From Sulfurimonas sp. SAG-AH-194-C20 (GTDB lineage: Bacteria > Campylobacterota > Campylobacteria > Campylobacterales > Sulfurimonadaceae): a DNA stretch of 64,000 nt. How positions within the stretch are numbered: the stretch's first letter is position 1; the number at the start of each line of letters is the position of its first letter. Below, piece by piece: positions 21,643 through 31,130 of the stretch. The translations under genes and the position numbers were made by a program. Location of the stretch: NCBI GenBank assembly GCA_029215975.1, contig JAEMVD010000002.1, positions 27,235 through 91,234 on the forward strand, read 5' to 3'. The notes beneath the pieces were generated by a model, which saw only the letters and a list, made by a program, of their open reading frames with translations, was not told the origin of the DNA and did not search any database.

Positions 21643-22608
21643 TTAATATTTTATTCCTGTAACTTCTCTAATTCTTTCTATCATAGGTAGGGCAGTAGCT
21701 CTTGCCTTATCTGCACCCATATCCAAAATCTCTCTTACTTCGAGTTGATTATTTGCGTAGTACTCGCGTTTCTCACGAAACTCTCTAAAGTATTCCCACA
21801 TAACTTCTGCTAGATAAATTTTAAAGTGCCCATGACCTTCTCCACCTTTTTTATATCTACTTTGCAAGTCTGTGAGTTCATCACCCTCTAAAAATAGTTT
21901 TGCGATATTGTAAACATTACAGCCTTCAAATTCTTTTGGGTCTTCTAGGGCTACTTGCTCTGTAACTATTTTCTTGATTGTTTTAAGCTGTTTTTTCTCT
22001 TCGCCAAAAATATTTACAGTATTTTTATAAGACTTTGACATCTTTTGTCCATCGGTTCCTGGAACAGTCTGAACATTTTCTTCCACACGAAAGCTTGGAA
22101 TTGTAAAAATTTCGCCATATTGGTTATTAAACTTTATAGCAATATCACGAGCTATTTCTACATGTTGGATTTGATCTTTTCCAACAGGAATGATGTCAGG
22201 AGAGTAAAGAAGAATATCAGCTGCCATTAAAACAGGATAAGAAAAAAGTGAGTGGTTTGCTTTAATCCCTTTAGCAGTTTTATCTTTGTAACTATGAGCA
22301 CGCTCAAGTAAACCCATAGGAGTATAAGAAGATAAAAACCAGTAAAGTTCAAGGACCTCTTTAACATCAGACTGTACCCAAAAAGTATTTTTCTCAGGGT
22401 TGATTCCCAGTGCTAAAAAGTCAGTTGCTGACTGCATTGTAAGTTGCGCAAGTCTTGTCCCGTCATTTACACTTGTCATTGCATGATAGTTGGCTATAAA
22501 AGTAAAAGTGTCTTCTTTCTTTTGTGCATCAACCATCTGTTTAATAGAACCAAAGTAGTTCCCTATATGTAAGTCACCCGATGATTGAATCCCCGTTAAT
22601 ACTCTCAT
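21643..22608 (-). CDS. trpS: Tryptophan--tRNA ligase
   Basis: LHIGNY, YPVLMAADIL, PVGKDQ, KMSKS. Confidence 0.97.
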   Translation of the reverse strand: MRVLTGIQSSGDLHIGNYFGSIKQMVDAQKKEDTFTFIANYHAMTSVNDGTRLAQLTMQSATDFLALGINPEKNTFWVQSDVKEVLELYWFLSSYTPMGLLERAHSYKDKTAKGIKANHSLFSYPVLMAADILLYSPDIIPVGKDQIQHVEIARDIAIKFNNQYGEIFTIPSFRVEENVQTVPGTDGQKMSKSYKNTVNIFGEEKKQLKTIKKIVTEQVALEDPKEFEGCNVYNIAKLFLEGDELTDLQSRYKKGGEGHGHFKIYLAEVMWEYFREFREKREYYANNQLEVREILDMGADKARATALPMIERIREVTGIKY

Positions 22609-22713
22609 AAAATAAAATTCCTATATTTTTTTTGTAATTATACCTATTTCAGCTTTATTTAGTTACCATATACATAGTACAAGAAGTAAAAACTTCTTTA
22701 TAAAGGATTTACG

Positions 22714-23043
22714 ATGAACTTACAAATTCGTTCAAAAGACATCACATTGACTGACGCTACTAAAGCACATATTGAAGGTGCTGTTGAGGCATTTAGAAAA
22801 TATTCATTAGAAATTACAAGTATTAACTGTACTGTTGGGGCTGAGAAAAAGGGTGTACATGTTGAGTTTGATATTCATATTGCACATGCACAACCTGTTG
22901 TTATTAACCAAAATGATGATTCTTTAGATGCTGCTATTGATTTGGCTATAGAAAAAGGGAACAAAGCACTTCGTAGACTTCATGACAAAGTAGTAGACCA
23001 TAAAAACACTTCTGTTAAAGACTTAGAAACTCTTGACACATAA
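22714..23043 (+). CDS. hpf: Ribosome hibernation factor (HPF/RaiA, short form)
   Basis: MNLQIRSKDITLT...LDAAIDLA...ALRRLHDK. Confidence 0.88.
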   Translation: MNLQIRSKDITLTDATKAHIEGAVEAFRKYSLEITSINCTVGAEKKGVHVEFDIHIAHAQPVVINQNDDSLDAAIDLAIEKGNKALRRLHDKVVDHKNTSVKDLETLDT

Positions 23044-23048
23044 TTTTA

Positions 23049-23074
23049 GTATATACCTATATATGGGTATATAC
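23049..23074. terminator. Palindromic hairpin GTATATACCTA-TATA-TGGGTATATAC after hpf
   Basis: 11-bp stem including one G-U; lacks a clear U-tract. Confidence 0.5.
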
Positions 23075-23104
23075 ACCTCTCTTTCATCATACAAGGAAAC
23101 CTGA

Positions 23105-23713
23105 TTGAAACTTATTGTTACACTTCTTTTATTTTTAAACATATCCCTTTATGCCGATAGCGATTTAATACTTCGCGGTGCTTATGGAACATCTTCAGCT
23201 AGTGATTTTGATCAACTTTACACATTTACAGGCTTAAATACGAGTCCATTTAACACATCAGTTTATAACCTCGCCTTGGGAAAAAGGTTTGTTGAGAACT
23301 TTTATGGTTTACCTATAGATTTTAGTGTCAATGGTGGTGTGAGTTACTTTGATGAAAATGCTTATCAAGATAATTTTTTAGAAGCGACACTCTATGTTAA
23401 AATGTATATTAAACTAAACCTATTTTCAAATCAATTTCGTTATGGTATAGCAGAGGGTGTTTCATATGCTGGAAAAGTTCCGTGGGTTGAAGCGCAAGAA
23501 GCGATAGTAGAGGGAGATAATCAGTCTAACTTATTAAATTATATGGAGATGACTTTTGATTTTGATATTGGGAAATTAATTCATGTCAAAAGCATGCATA
23601 ACCTATACTTAGGTTACCTTATAAAACATCGTTCAGGTGCCAAAGGAACATATGGTGGTGTGTATGATGGTGGCTCAAATTATAATGCACTATATTTAGA
23701 AAAAAACTTTTAA
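23105..23713 (+). CDS. Outer membrane beta-barrel protein, paralog 1
   Basis: Signal peptide, amphipathic strands, KHRSG, terminal YLEKNF. Confidence 0.7.
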   Translation: MKLIVTLLLFLNISLYADSDLILRGAYGTSSASDFDQLYTFTGLNTSPFNTSVYNLALGKRFVENFYGLPIDFSVNGGVSYFDENAYQDNFLEATLYVKMYIKLNLFSNQFRYGIAEGVSYAGKVPWVEAQEAIVEGDNQSNLLNYMEMTFDFDIGKLIHVKSMHNLYLGYLIKHRSGAKGTYGGVYDGGSNYNALYLEKNF

Positions 23714-23715
23714 GG

Positions 23716-24321
23716 ATGAAAATGAAGTATATACTTTTACTACTAATTACACTTACTTTGAATGCACAAAACGATTTTTCTGTACGTGTACTTTATGGAA
23801 CTGCGACAGATAAAGCACTAGGTGACATACTGATAGGGGACTTCGGTTCTTACCCGGAGAGCTTAAGTGTTAGTGCATTTGATGCCGGTTACTTACTAAA
23901 TAAAGATACTTTTGACTTACCAATAAACATCTATGTTAAAGCTGGTTTGGGACAGTTTAATGAGGGTAGTTACTCTAATGTTAATGAACTTGTACTTTAT
24001 GTAAAAGCGGTTTATAGTCTTGACTTTTTAGATAATCGTATCCGTTTTGGGTTAGGAGAAGGATTCTCTTATACTAGTGATATTTTAAGGGTAGAACAAT
24101 TCGAAGCAGACACTACAACAGATGGAAAAACATCTCAGTTTTTAAACTACTTAGACATTACAGTTGATTTTGATTTTGGAAGACTTATAAGGTATGCACC
24201 CCTGCATGATACATATATTGGTGTAGCATTAAAGCACCGTTCAGGTGTGTTTGGGCTTGTAAATGGTGTAACAAAAGGTGGCTCAAACTATAACTCTATT
24301 TACTTAGAAAAAAACTTTTAA
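23716..24321 (+). CDS. Outer membrane beta-barrel protein, paralog 2
   Basis: Shares GEGxSY, LNY, DFDxG, KHRSG, GGSNYN, YLEKNF with upstream gene. Confidence 0.7.
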   Translation: MKMKYILLLLITLTLNAQNDFSVRVLYGTATDKALGDILIGDFGSYPESLSVSAFDAGYLLNKDTFDLPINIYVKAGLGQFNEGSYSNVNELVLYVKAVYSLDFLDNRIRFGLGEGFSYTSDILRVEQFEADTTTDGKTSQFLNYLDITVDFDFGRLIRYAPLHDTYIGVALKHRSGVFGLVNGVTKGGSNYNSIYLEKNF

Positions 24322-24330
24322 GGCTAAGAT

Positions 24331-24753
24331 ATGTTTGAATGGGTACTTTGGTTTCATGTCATCTCTTTTATATCTTGGTTCGCGGTACTTTTTTACTTAC
24401 CACGGCTTTTTATCTACCATACAGAACATAAAGAAAATGTTGGTTTTGTAAAAGTAGTAAAAATCCAAGAGTACAAACTTTTTAAGTATATCGGTGTCCC
24501 TTCTATGTGGACAACAGTATTTAGTGGTTCTTATCTTGTGTATGAAATAGGTCTTGCAGATAACACATGGTTACACGCAAAACTTCTTTTTGTAGCTATT
24601 TTAATAGCTTACTTCTTCTCGATGGATTATTATAGAAAGCAACTAGAAAAAGATGAGTGTGAAAAAAGTGGAAAGTTTTTTAGACTGTATAATGAAGTGC
24701 CAACTATCTTAATGATGATTATCGTGGCAATGGTAGTTCTTAAACCCTTTTAA
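24331..24753 (+). CDS. hemJ: Protoporphyrinogen oxidase HemJ
   Basis: HVISFISWFAVLFYLPRLFIYH, WLHAKL, YNEVPT, VVLKPF. Confidence 0.93.
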   Translation: MFEWVLWFHVISFISWFAVLFYLPRLFIYHTEHKENVGFVKVVKIQEYKLFKYIGVPSMWTTVFSGSYLVYEIGLADNTWLHAKLLFVAILIAYFFSMDYYRKQLEKDECEKSGKFFRLYNEVPTILMMIIVAMVVLKPF

Positions 24754-24782
24754 CAGAGTTCATAAAAGGAATAAAATTCCTT

Positions 24783-26270
24783 TTATTTCTCACCTTTTTT
24801 CTTTGCTTTAAAGAGAAGAGGTGTACCTGTAAAGTTAAAAGCCTCACGCATTTTGTTTGTAAGGTAGCGTCTATAAGTAAAGTGAAGACCACTTGGTTTA
24901 TTCATGATTATAGCTATCTTTGGTGGTCGCGTTTCATACTGTGTTGCATAGTAGATACGGATAACCTGTCCACTTACACTTGGAAGAGTATGGCGACGAA
25001 GTGCTCTCTCTATAACTTCATTTACCTTACTTGTAGTAATTCTCTGAGAATAGTTCTCGTTAATCTCTAAAATCATATCGTGAAGTTTATCAACTCTTTG
25101 GTGTGTTAAAGCAGATAGAGTTAAGATAGGTGCATAAGAAAGAAACTTAAATCTATCACGAATTTCTACAATAATTTTATCATGATCTTCGCGTTTAGAA
25201 ATATCCCACTTGTTTAAAACGATGATACAAGCTAAACGGTTAGAATCAACAAGACCAGCAATCTTTTCATCTAGGTCTAAAAATGGCTGACTTGCATCTA
25301 AAACAACAAGTGCCATATTTGAGTTTTCAAGCATTTCAGTTGTACGCATTAGTGCATACTTCTCAATTCCTAAGATTCTACCACGACGACGAAGTCCTGC
25401 CGTATCTACAAAAGTAAGTTGTTTACCACCATACTCTACAGTTTCATCAATTGGATCAATAGTTGTTCCAGCAACAGAACTTACAACACAGCGTTCTTCA
25501 CCTAAAAGTGCATTTAAAAGTGAAGACTTACCAACATTTGTACGACCAATGATAGCGATTTTAATGTGGTTTACATCTTCTTCATCAAACTCTTTGATAC
25601 GGTCGTTATCTCCAAAGATAGAATCATCAGTGATAACACCGTCCATTTCATCTTCATCCCAGTAAGTAAAACCATCATCATCTTCATCACGAGTGTTTTT
25701 AAAGAACTCTTCATCATTCATCTCAGCTGCTTCTTCGCGGATAACTTCAACGACTTTTTCTTCCTCTTCTTTTACAGTATCTTCTTCAGGTATTTTATCT
25801 GCTACCCAGTCAAGAAGTTCTACAGTGTTTCGGTTATGCGCTACAGAGATACCAAAAATAGCATCTGTACCAAACTCATAATAATCCCAAAGATTTTCTT
25901 TCATCTTGTCGTTGTCAATTTTGTTAACAACTAAAGCCATATCTTTACCCATAGCCTGAAGTTCATAAAAGAACTTTTTATCTTCATCTTCAGGTATGCT
26001 TTTTCCATCAACCATATAAAGAATGATGTCTGCAGCATAAGCAGCTTTAAGAGACATCTCTTTTATCTTGTCAAAAAGCTCACACCCTTTGTCTAGTCCA
26101 CCTGTATCAAGAAGTAGTGCTTCTTTATTATTTACAACAAAATGACGGCGTTTAACATCACGAGTAGTACCAGCTTGTTCTGAAGTAATCGCATCACGAT
26201 TTTTTACTAAACGATTAAAAAGAGAGCTTTTCCCAACATTTGGACGACCAACGATGGCGATTTTTTTCAT
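24783..26270 (-). CDS. der: Ribosome biogenesis GTPase Der (EngA)
   Basis: Two G domains (GRPNVGKS, DTGG, NKID; GRTNVGKS, DTAG, NKWD) and KH-like tail. Confidence 0.98.
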   Translation of the reverse strand: MKKIAIVGRPNVGKSSLFNRLVKNRDAITSEQAGTTRDVKRRHFVVNNKEALLLDTGGLDKGCELFDKIKEMSLKAAYAADIILYMVDGKSIPEDEDKKFFYELQAMGKDMALVVNKIDNDKMKENLWDYYEFGTDAIFGISVAHNRNTVELLDWVADKIPEEDTVKEEEEKVVEVIREEAAEMNDEEFFKNTRDEDDDGFTYWDEDEMDGVITDDSIFGDNDRIKEFDEEDVNHIKIAIIGRTNVGKSSLLNALLGEERCVVSSVAGTTIDPIDETVEYGGKQLTFVDTAGLRRRGRILGIEKYALMRTTEMLENSNMALVVLDASQPFLDLDEKIAGLVDSNRLACIIVLNKWDISKREDHDKIIVEIRDRFKFLSYAPILTLSALTHQRVDKLHDMILEINENYSQRITTSKVNEVIERALRRHTLPSVSGQVIRIYYATQYETRPPKIAIIMNKPSGLHFTYRRYLTNKMREAFNFTGTPLLFKAKKKGEK

Positions 26271-26401
26271 GAATGAGCCTTGTAAAACTTATGAAGAGTT
26301 ATTTATACCTTATGGGTATTTTATATTTTTGTGATTATAGCTAAATTATGTTTAGGCAAAGTTGTAAGAAGAACTAATACTCTAAAAATATTTACTACAT
26401 G

Positions 26402-26420
26402 AATGACACAAGCTGTCATT
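26402..26420. promoter_or_regulatory. Inverted repeat AATGACA-N5-TGTCATT, candidate operator
   Basis: Perfect 7-bp arms in the divergent intergenic region between der and the LPP20 operon. Confidence 0.4.
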
Positions 26421-26552
26421 GAATCTTAGTACATTACGAATGCAAGTATATAAGGCTTTAAAGCATAATAATATATAACATTATTTGTACTAAAGTCATA
26501 GAAGATTAAGATTTATGTAGCTATAATGCATAAATAAAAATAAGGACAAGAA

Positions 26553-27131
26553 ATGAAAAATAGTATTATATCAATCTCAGCAGCAACTTTATTAGTTGCA
26601 ACTTTAGTTGGTTGTGGTGGAGAAACTCCAAAACCACAAGAACCTGTAAATAACTTTGCATGTAAACAAGAAAATGTATTGGCTCCGAAGTGGACATGTC
26701 TTCCAATGATAGAAGGTGCTTATGCTGGTGTTGGTATCAGTGAAAAAAGTAGAGCAGGAATGGCTCACATGCGTAAAGTAGCACAAATGAATGGTCGTTC
26801 CGATCTTGCACAACAAATCAAAGTACAAGTAAAGTCAAGAATGAAAGGTTTCACTCAAACAACTGGTGCAGCGGATAGTGAAACTGTAGATAAAATGACT
26901 CAGGCAGTAGATGATCAAATGGCTAAAGTTGATTTAGCTGGTTCAAAAGCAGTTGATATTTGGACATCACCTTCAGGAAGTATTTATATGCTCATGACAG
27001 TACCCGAAGACTATATAAACAAAACAGTAAATGAAACAGCAAAAACAAGTTTTAAAAATGATAACGCTCTATGGCAACAATTTCAAGCTGCAAAAGCTTT
27101 TGATGCAATGGATGCTGCTTTAGCTAACTAA
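26553..27131 (+). CDS. LPP20-family lipoprotein
   Basis: Lipobox LVGC; APKW, GVGIS, AQMNGRSDLAQQIKVQV, W..PSG.IY. Confidence 0.8.
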   Translation: MKNSIISISAATLLVATLVGCGGETPKPQEPVNNFACKQENVLAPKWTCLPMIEGAYAGVGISEKSRAGMAHMRKVAQMNGRSDLAQQIKVQVKSRMKGFTQTTGAADSETVDKMTQAVDDQMAKVDLAGSKAVDIWTSPSGSIYMLMTVPEDYINKTVNETAKTSFKNDNALWQQFQAAKAFDAMDAALAN

Positions 27132-27538
27132 TGAAAAAAGTACAACTACTTATAGTTGTGCTTTTTCTCTCCTTTACAGCATGCTCTTCTTCTCCTAAGC
27201 TAAAAGATTCTAATTCAATGCCATCATGGGTGCATAATCCAAGTGAACAAGGCAAAATTGGGGCTGTCGGAGTAGCTAGAAGAACATATGATTCATCTCT
27301 CTCAACTCAGAGAAAACTTGCAATTAAGCGTGCCCTCGATGAACTTGCACTTCAAGCTAATGTGAAAGTGAAGATTCGGATGACTAAAGAAGAAACAGTT
27401 ACTAACTCAAAAACTACGTTAAAAACAAAAGACTATAGTACCTATGGTGCAAACGAGACTATTTCAGCATATATTAAAGATACATGGATGGACAGAAGTT
27501 CTAATGAACTTTATATATGGATGTTAATGGATAAATAA
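27131..27538 (+). CDS. LPP20-like lipoprotein
   Basis: Lipobox FTAC; PSWVHNP, AVGVA, AIKRALDELALQ, ELYIWM. Confidence 0.75.
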   Translation: MKKVQLLIVVLFLSFTACSSSPKLKDSNSMPSWVHNPSEQGKIGAVGVARRTYDSSLSTQRKLAIKRALDELALQANVKVKIRMTKEETVTNSKTTLKTKDYSTYGANETISAYIKDTWMDRSSNELYIWMLMDK

Positions 27539-27548
27539 AAGGCAAAAC

Positions 27549-29468
27549 TTGAGACTTACATTTTTAATTACAATTTCGCTTATTTTAAGCAGTTCTTTAG
27601 TAGCTGACTCTATATTTAGCAAAACATATGAAGGCTGTGCATCTAGCAAGAGAGAAGCACTATATACTCTAAGTGGAAACATTCAGTCCCGAATTAGTAC
27701 GCATATTGAGCAGACAATTGTTTTGAGTAACGAGAAAGATATAAAGTCTAAAGTTTCAGACTATAGTAGTTCTACAACAAACCTTTCTCTCGTAAATATA
27801 GAGTATAAAAAGCAAAAAAATGAAATATGTGCAGTTGTAAACAAAGATGCACAGGTGAAAAATACGAATAAGCTTCTGAGTCAAGCACTTCTGTATGATG
27901 CAAAGAATCTTCCCAAAGATACAGATGTAAAAATTGAGAAACTCTCAACATGGATATCTAACATCAAGCAACTCTCTTTTTTAATCCCGGCTTTTTTAAA
28001 TGAACAAGACACAAGTATTGAACAGTCTATACTTAATCAAAAAGAAAAGTCTTTTACAGATATATATACTAAATCAATAGCATACTCAAACTCACTTTTC
28101 TTTAGAAGTTGTAAAACTACTAAAGAAAAGGCAAAGATAGCACTGAATGAAGTTCTGTTTCCAAATACAAAAAAAGATGCTAAAAAAAGTTTTATAGACT
28201 CCATCGCTAATATATTTGTCTCTAACGATTCCACAAAGATGCTCGATATTTTTGATGCCCAAATCATAGAAGTAAAAAAAGATGAAGATATTTGTTTGAT
28301 GATAAAAAAAGAAGAACTTCTTGGAATAACTCAAAAGATGCATGCAGATGTAATGAGAGTAAGCGAAGCAAGTCTCTCAAAAAATCCTCTCAAAAGATAC
28401 AAGAATATAGAAAATAATCTTTATGAACAACTTGATGTAACAAGAGCACTTATGAAAAACTATTCTAGTGTGTATAAATCAAATGACTTTAGTCAACTCG
28501 ATAAAAAGAGAAAACTCTTAGAAAATATACAAGCAAAAACTTTTCCTCAGTATATAGTATTTAATATATCGGGGGGAACTGATATAGCTATTATACTGGA
28601 TAAAAAAAGAGTAAAAAATAATGAGAAATATTATGTACAAGATGGTGAGCATACCTACAAAATAACATCTAAAGGAAACTGCCCATTAGTAGATACTTTT
28701 AAGAGTGATTTATTTCAAAATAAAACTGTCTCTGAGGATTTAAGTGGACAAGAATACCCAACTGTTATATTTCAAACAGATAAAGAGCCTAATATTGTTA
28801 TTAATGGGCGGGTAGTTGTAATCAATATGACACAGATAATTAAGCAGTGTGAGGGAACAGCACGTTATGTTGTCAAATATGCAAATCAAAATAGTAGTGG
28901 TGAAATAGAGACTATACCCGGTGCAAAAAATACAGTAAGTTTGGATTTTTTAACAAAAGAAGAGTTAGCTATTTTTAATGATGCTAAAACTAAAAATTTT
29001 ACCACTACAAGTGAAGCTATGTTTGCAGAGACACTAACACCTTTAAATAGTGAAAAGTTTGAGTTTAGTATCACTCGTGAGCCTATGAATGGAGAAGTTA
29101 CACTACATAAAAGTGGTAGTTTTCAGTATATTTCAAAGAAAGGTTTTACCGGTTTAGATAACTTCGAGTATGAGATTACAACTCCAGATAAAACTAGTGC
29201 ACCTAAACTTGTAGCAATCTCAGTAGGAGTGTCACTTTTTCCAACTTTAGCAACTGCCAAAGTAGAAGAAAACCTTACCAATCCTCAAAAGGCTATTATC
29301 CAAAGTACACCCCAAAATAAATTAGATACTTTAGGTGAACAAAAATATCAAAAATGGAAAAAAGTTGTAATGTCACAAGATATAGGTAATGTTGACTTTC
29401 TTAATATGCTAAAACAAAAATATCCAAGTGAATTTCAAAGGCTTCGTGAAGAAATGATAAATAAATAA
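27549..29468 (+). CDS. Large exported protein with internal repeat and Ig/cadherin-like (Big_9-like) domain
   Basis: TTG start, signal peptide; two Cys-paired repeats; NGEVTLHKSGSFQYISKKGFTGLDNFEYEI. Confidence 0.7.
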   Translation: MRLTFLITISLILSSSLVADSIFSKTYEGCASSKREALYTLSGNIQSRISTHIEQTIVLSNEKDIKSKVSDYSSSTTNLSLVNIEYKKQKNEICAVVNKDAQVKNTNKLLSQALLYDAKNLPKDTDVKIEKLSTWISNIKQLSFLIPAFLNEQDTSIEQSILNQKEKSFTDIYTKSIAYSNSLFFRSCKTTKEKAKIALNEVLFPNTKKDAKKSFIDSIANIFVSNDSTKMLDIFDAQIIEVKKDEDICLMIKKEELLGITQKMHADVMRVSEASLSKNPLKRYKNIENNLYEQLDVTRALMKNYSSVYKSNDFSQLDKKRKLLENIQAKTFPQYIVFNISGGTDIAIILDKKRVKNNEKYYVQDGEHTYKITSKGNCPLVDTFKSDLFQNKTVSEDLSGQEYPTVIFQTDKEPNIVINGRVVVINMTQIIKQCEGTARYVVKYANQNSSGEIETIPGAKNTVSLDFLTKEELAIFNDAKTKNFTTTSEAMFAETLTPLNSEKFEFSITREPMNGEVTLHKSGSFQYISKKGFTGLDNFEYEITTPDKTSAPKLVAISVGVSLFPTLATAKVEENLTNPQKAIIQSTPQNKLDTLGEQKYQKWKKVVMSQDIGNVDFLNMLKQKYPSEFQRLREEMINK

Positions 29469-29479
29469 AAGGTTATAAA

Positions 29480-30643
29480 ATGAAAAAGTTATTACTTTCA
29501 TTGGTGCTAAGTGCACTTCTGTTCTCTAGTGAAAAAAATGATGCAGTAGCAAAAATGTTGCAAGAGTTTGAAGCATCCAAACAAGCACAACAAAAAGAAT
29601 TTACAAGCTATAAGGCACAATTGGAAAAAGAGTATAGTAATTATAAACAAGAATTAAAAATCTACTGGGAAGACCCTAAATTATCAACGAAAAAAGAGTG
29701 GGTTAGTTACACTAAAGATAAAAAAAGTCGTTCAAAAGTTGACTTTGAAAATAATAGCTATACTGTTGAAGTAATAGCCAAAAATCTTAAAGATGCGACA
29801 ATTAAACTTAAAGAACGCATTTCATATATTGTCAGTAAAAACACAAAAGAAGTAGTTCAAACAGACCCACTTCAAAAAAGAGTAGCTAAAATATCTCAAG
29901 CTACGGATGTGGTGACATCACCGATAAAAGCAAAGCCAATTTTGAGTACACTTATTTTTCACGATAATCCTACTAGGTATGAAGTAAAAACTTATGCGAC
30001 TCAAACACTTCAAGAAAATAAGATTGTAACAGCTAAAGCAAAAAGTAAAAATGAAAAAGTTTATAAACTCAATGTAAGGTTACCTAAAAACTCTAAGATA
30101 AAACTCTCGCAGGTATACCAAGGTGAAGTTTCAAAGAATTCAAAACGATTTAAACTTCCTAATGAATTAGTATTTGCTATTATGCAAACAGAGAGTGACT
30201 TTAATCCTTTTGCTAAATCTCATATTCCTGCTTTTGGTTTAATGCAAATTGTTCCTCGTTCAGCGGGTAGAGATACATATAAGCTGTTGTATAAAAAGAA
30301 GGGTATGCCTAGTGCAACTTATCTCTATAATGGAGAGAATAATATTCAAATGGGAAGTGCATACCTGTACATACTTTACTATAGATACCTTAGAAAGATT
30401 AAAAACCCACAAAGTAGACTTTACTGTACAATAGCTGCTTATAATACAGGTGCTGGTAATATCGCATGGGCATTTACACGTAAATACAATATGAGTAAAG
30501 CCGCTCCAAAGATAAATGCACTAAGCCCAGAACAAGTTTATAATCGCCTACTTAAAGATTTGAGATTTGATGAACCAAAAAATTACTTAAAAAGAGTGAG
30601 AAGAAGAATGAAAGTTTATAAGGTCGCCTATAAAGATTTGTAG
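29480..30643 (+). CDS. MltC-like lytic murein transglycosylase (DUF3393-like + SLT)
   Basis: RSKVDFEN..TVE; AIMQTESDFNPFAKS, GLMQIVP, NIQMGSAYL, AAYNTGAG. Confidence 0.9.
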   Translation: MKKLLLSLVLSALLFSSEKNDAVAKMLQEFEASKQAQQKEFTSYKAQLEKEYSNYKQELKIYWEDPKLSTKKEWVSYTKDKKSRSKVDFENNSYTVEVIAKNLKDATIKLKERISYIVSKNTKEVVQTDPLQKRVAKISQATDVVTSPIKAKPILSTLIFHDNPTRYEVKTYATQTLQENKIVTAKAKSKNEKVYKLNVRLPKNSKIKLSQVYQGEVSKNSKRFKLPNELVFAIMQTESDFNPFAKSHIPAFGLMQIVPRSAGRDTYKLLYKKKGMPSATYLYNGENNIQMGSAYLYILYYRYLRKIKNPQSRLYCTIAAYNTGAGNIAWAFTRKYNMSKAAPKINALSPEQVYNRLLKDLRFDEPKNYLKRVRRRMKVYKVAYKDL

Positions 30644-30685
30644 ATTTGGGCAAGATGAAGCATATATTTAATGATAAGGAAACCT

Positions 30686-31129
30686 TTGAAGCTATACTAC
30701 TCATATGAAGCATTTAGAACTGATACGCAAGCACTGATGCAAAAAAGTAAAAGCTTTGAACCACAAGCTATCATAGCGATTGCAAGAGGAGGATTAACCC
30801 TTGCTCATTGCATGGCAGAGGGTTTGAACCTGCGGGATGTACAGAGTATAAGAACAGAGTTATATGATGTAGAGATTAAACGCAAGGAAATTACTCTTTT
30901 TGGAAGCTGTGATTTTGGGGAGAAAAAAAGGGTATTAGTTGTTGATGACATAGCAGATAGTGGAGAAACACTTCAAACTGTAATGTCTTATTTACAAAGT
31001 AACTTTGAGGATGTAGAATTTCAATCTGCTACACTTTTCTATAAAAAAAGTTCCGTTTATGAACCTCATTTTTGGGTAAATGAAGCGGATGCATGGATAG
31101 AGTTTTTTTGGGAAAAAGATTTTGTATAG
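30686..31129 (+). CDS. Purine phosphoribosyltransferase (Gpt-like); TTG start after AAGGA
   Basis: AIARGG, VLVVDDIADSGETL, WIEFFWE. Confidence 0.9.
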   Translation: MKLYYSYEAFRTDTQALMQKSKSFEPQAIIAIARGGLTLAHCMAEGLNLRDVQSIRTELYDVEIKRKEITLFGSCDFGEKKRVLVVDDIADSGETLQTVMSYLQSNFEDVEFQSATLFYKKSSVYEPHFWVNEADAWIEFFWEKDFV

Positions 31130-31130
31130 A

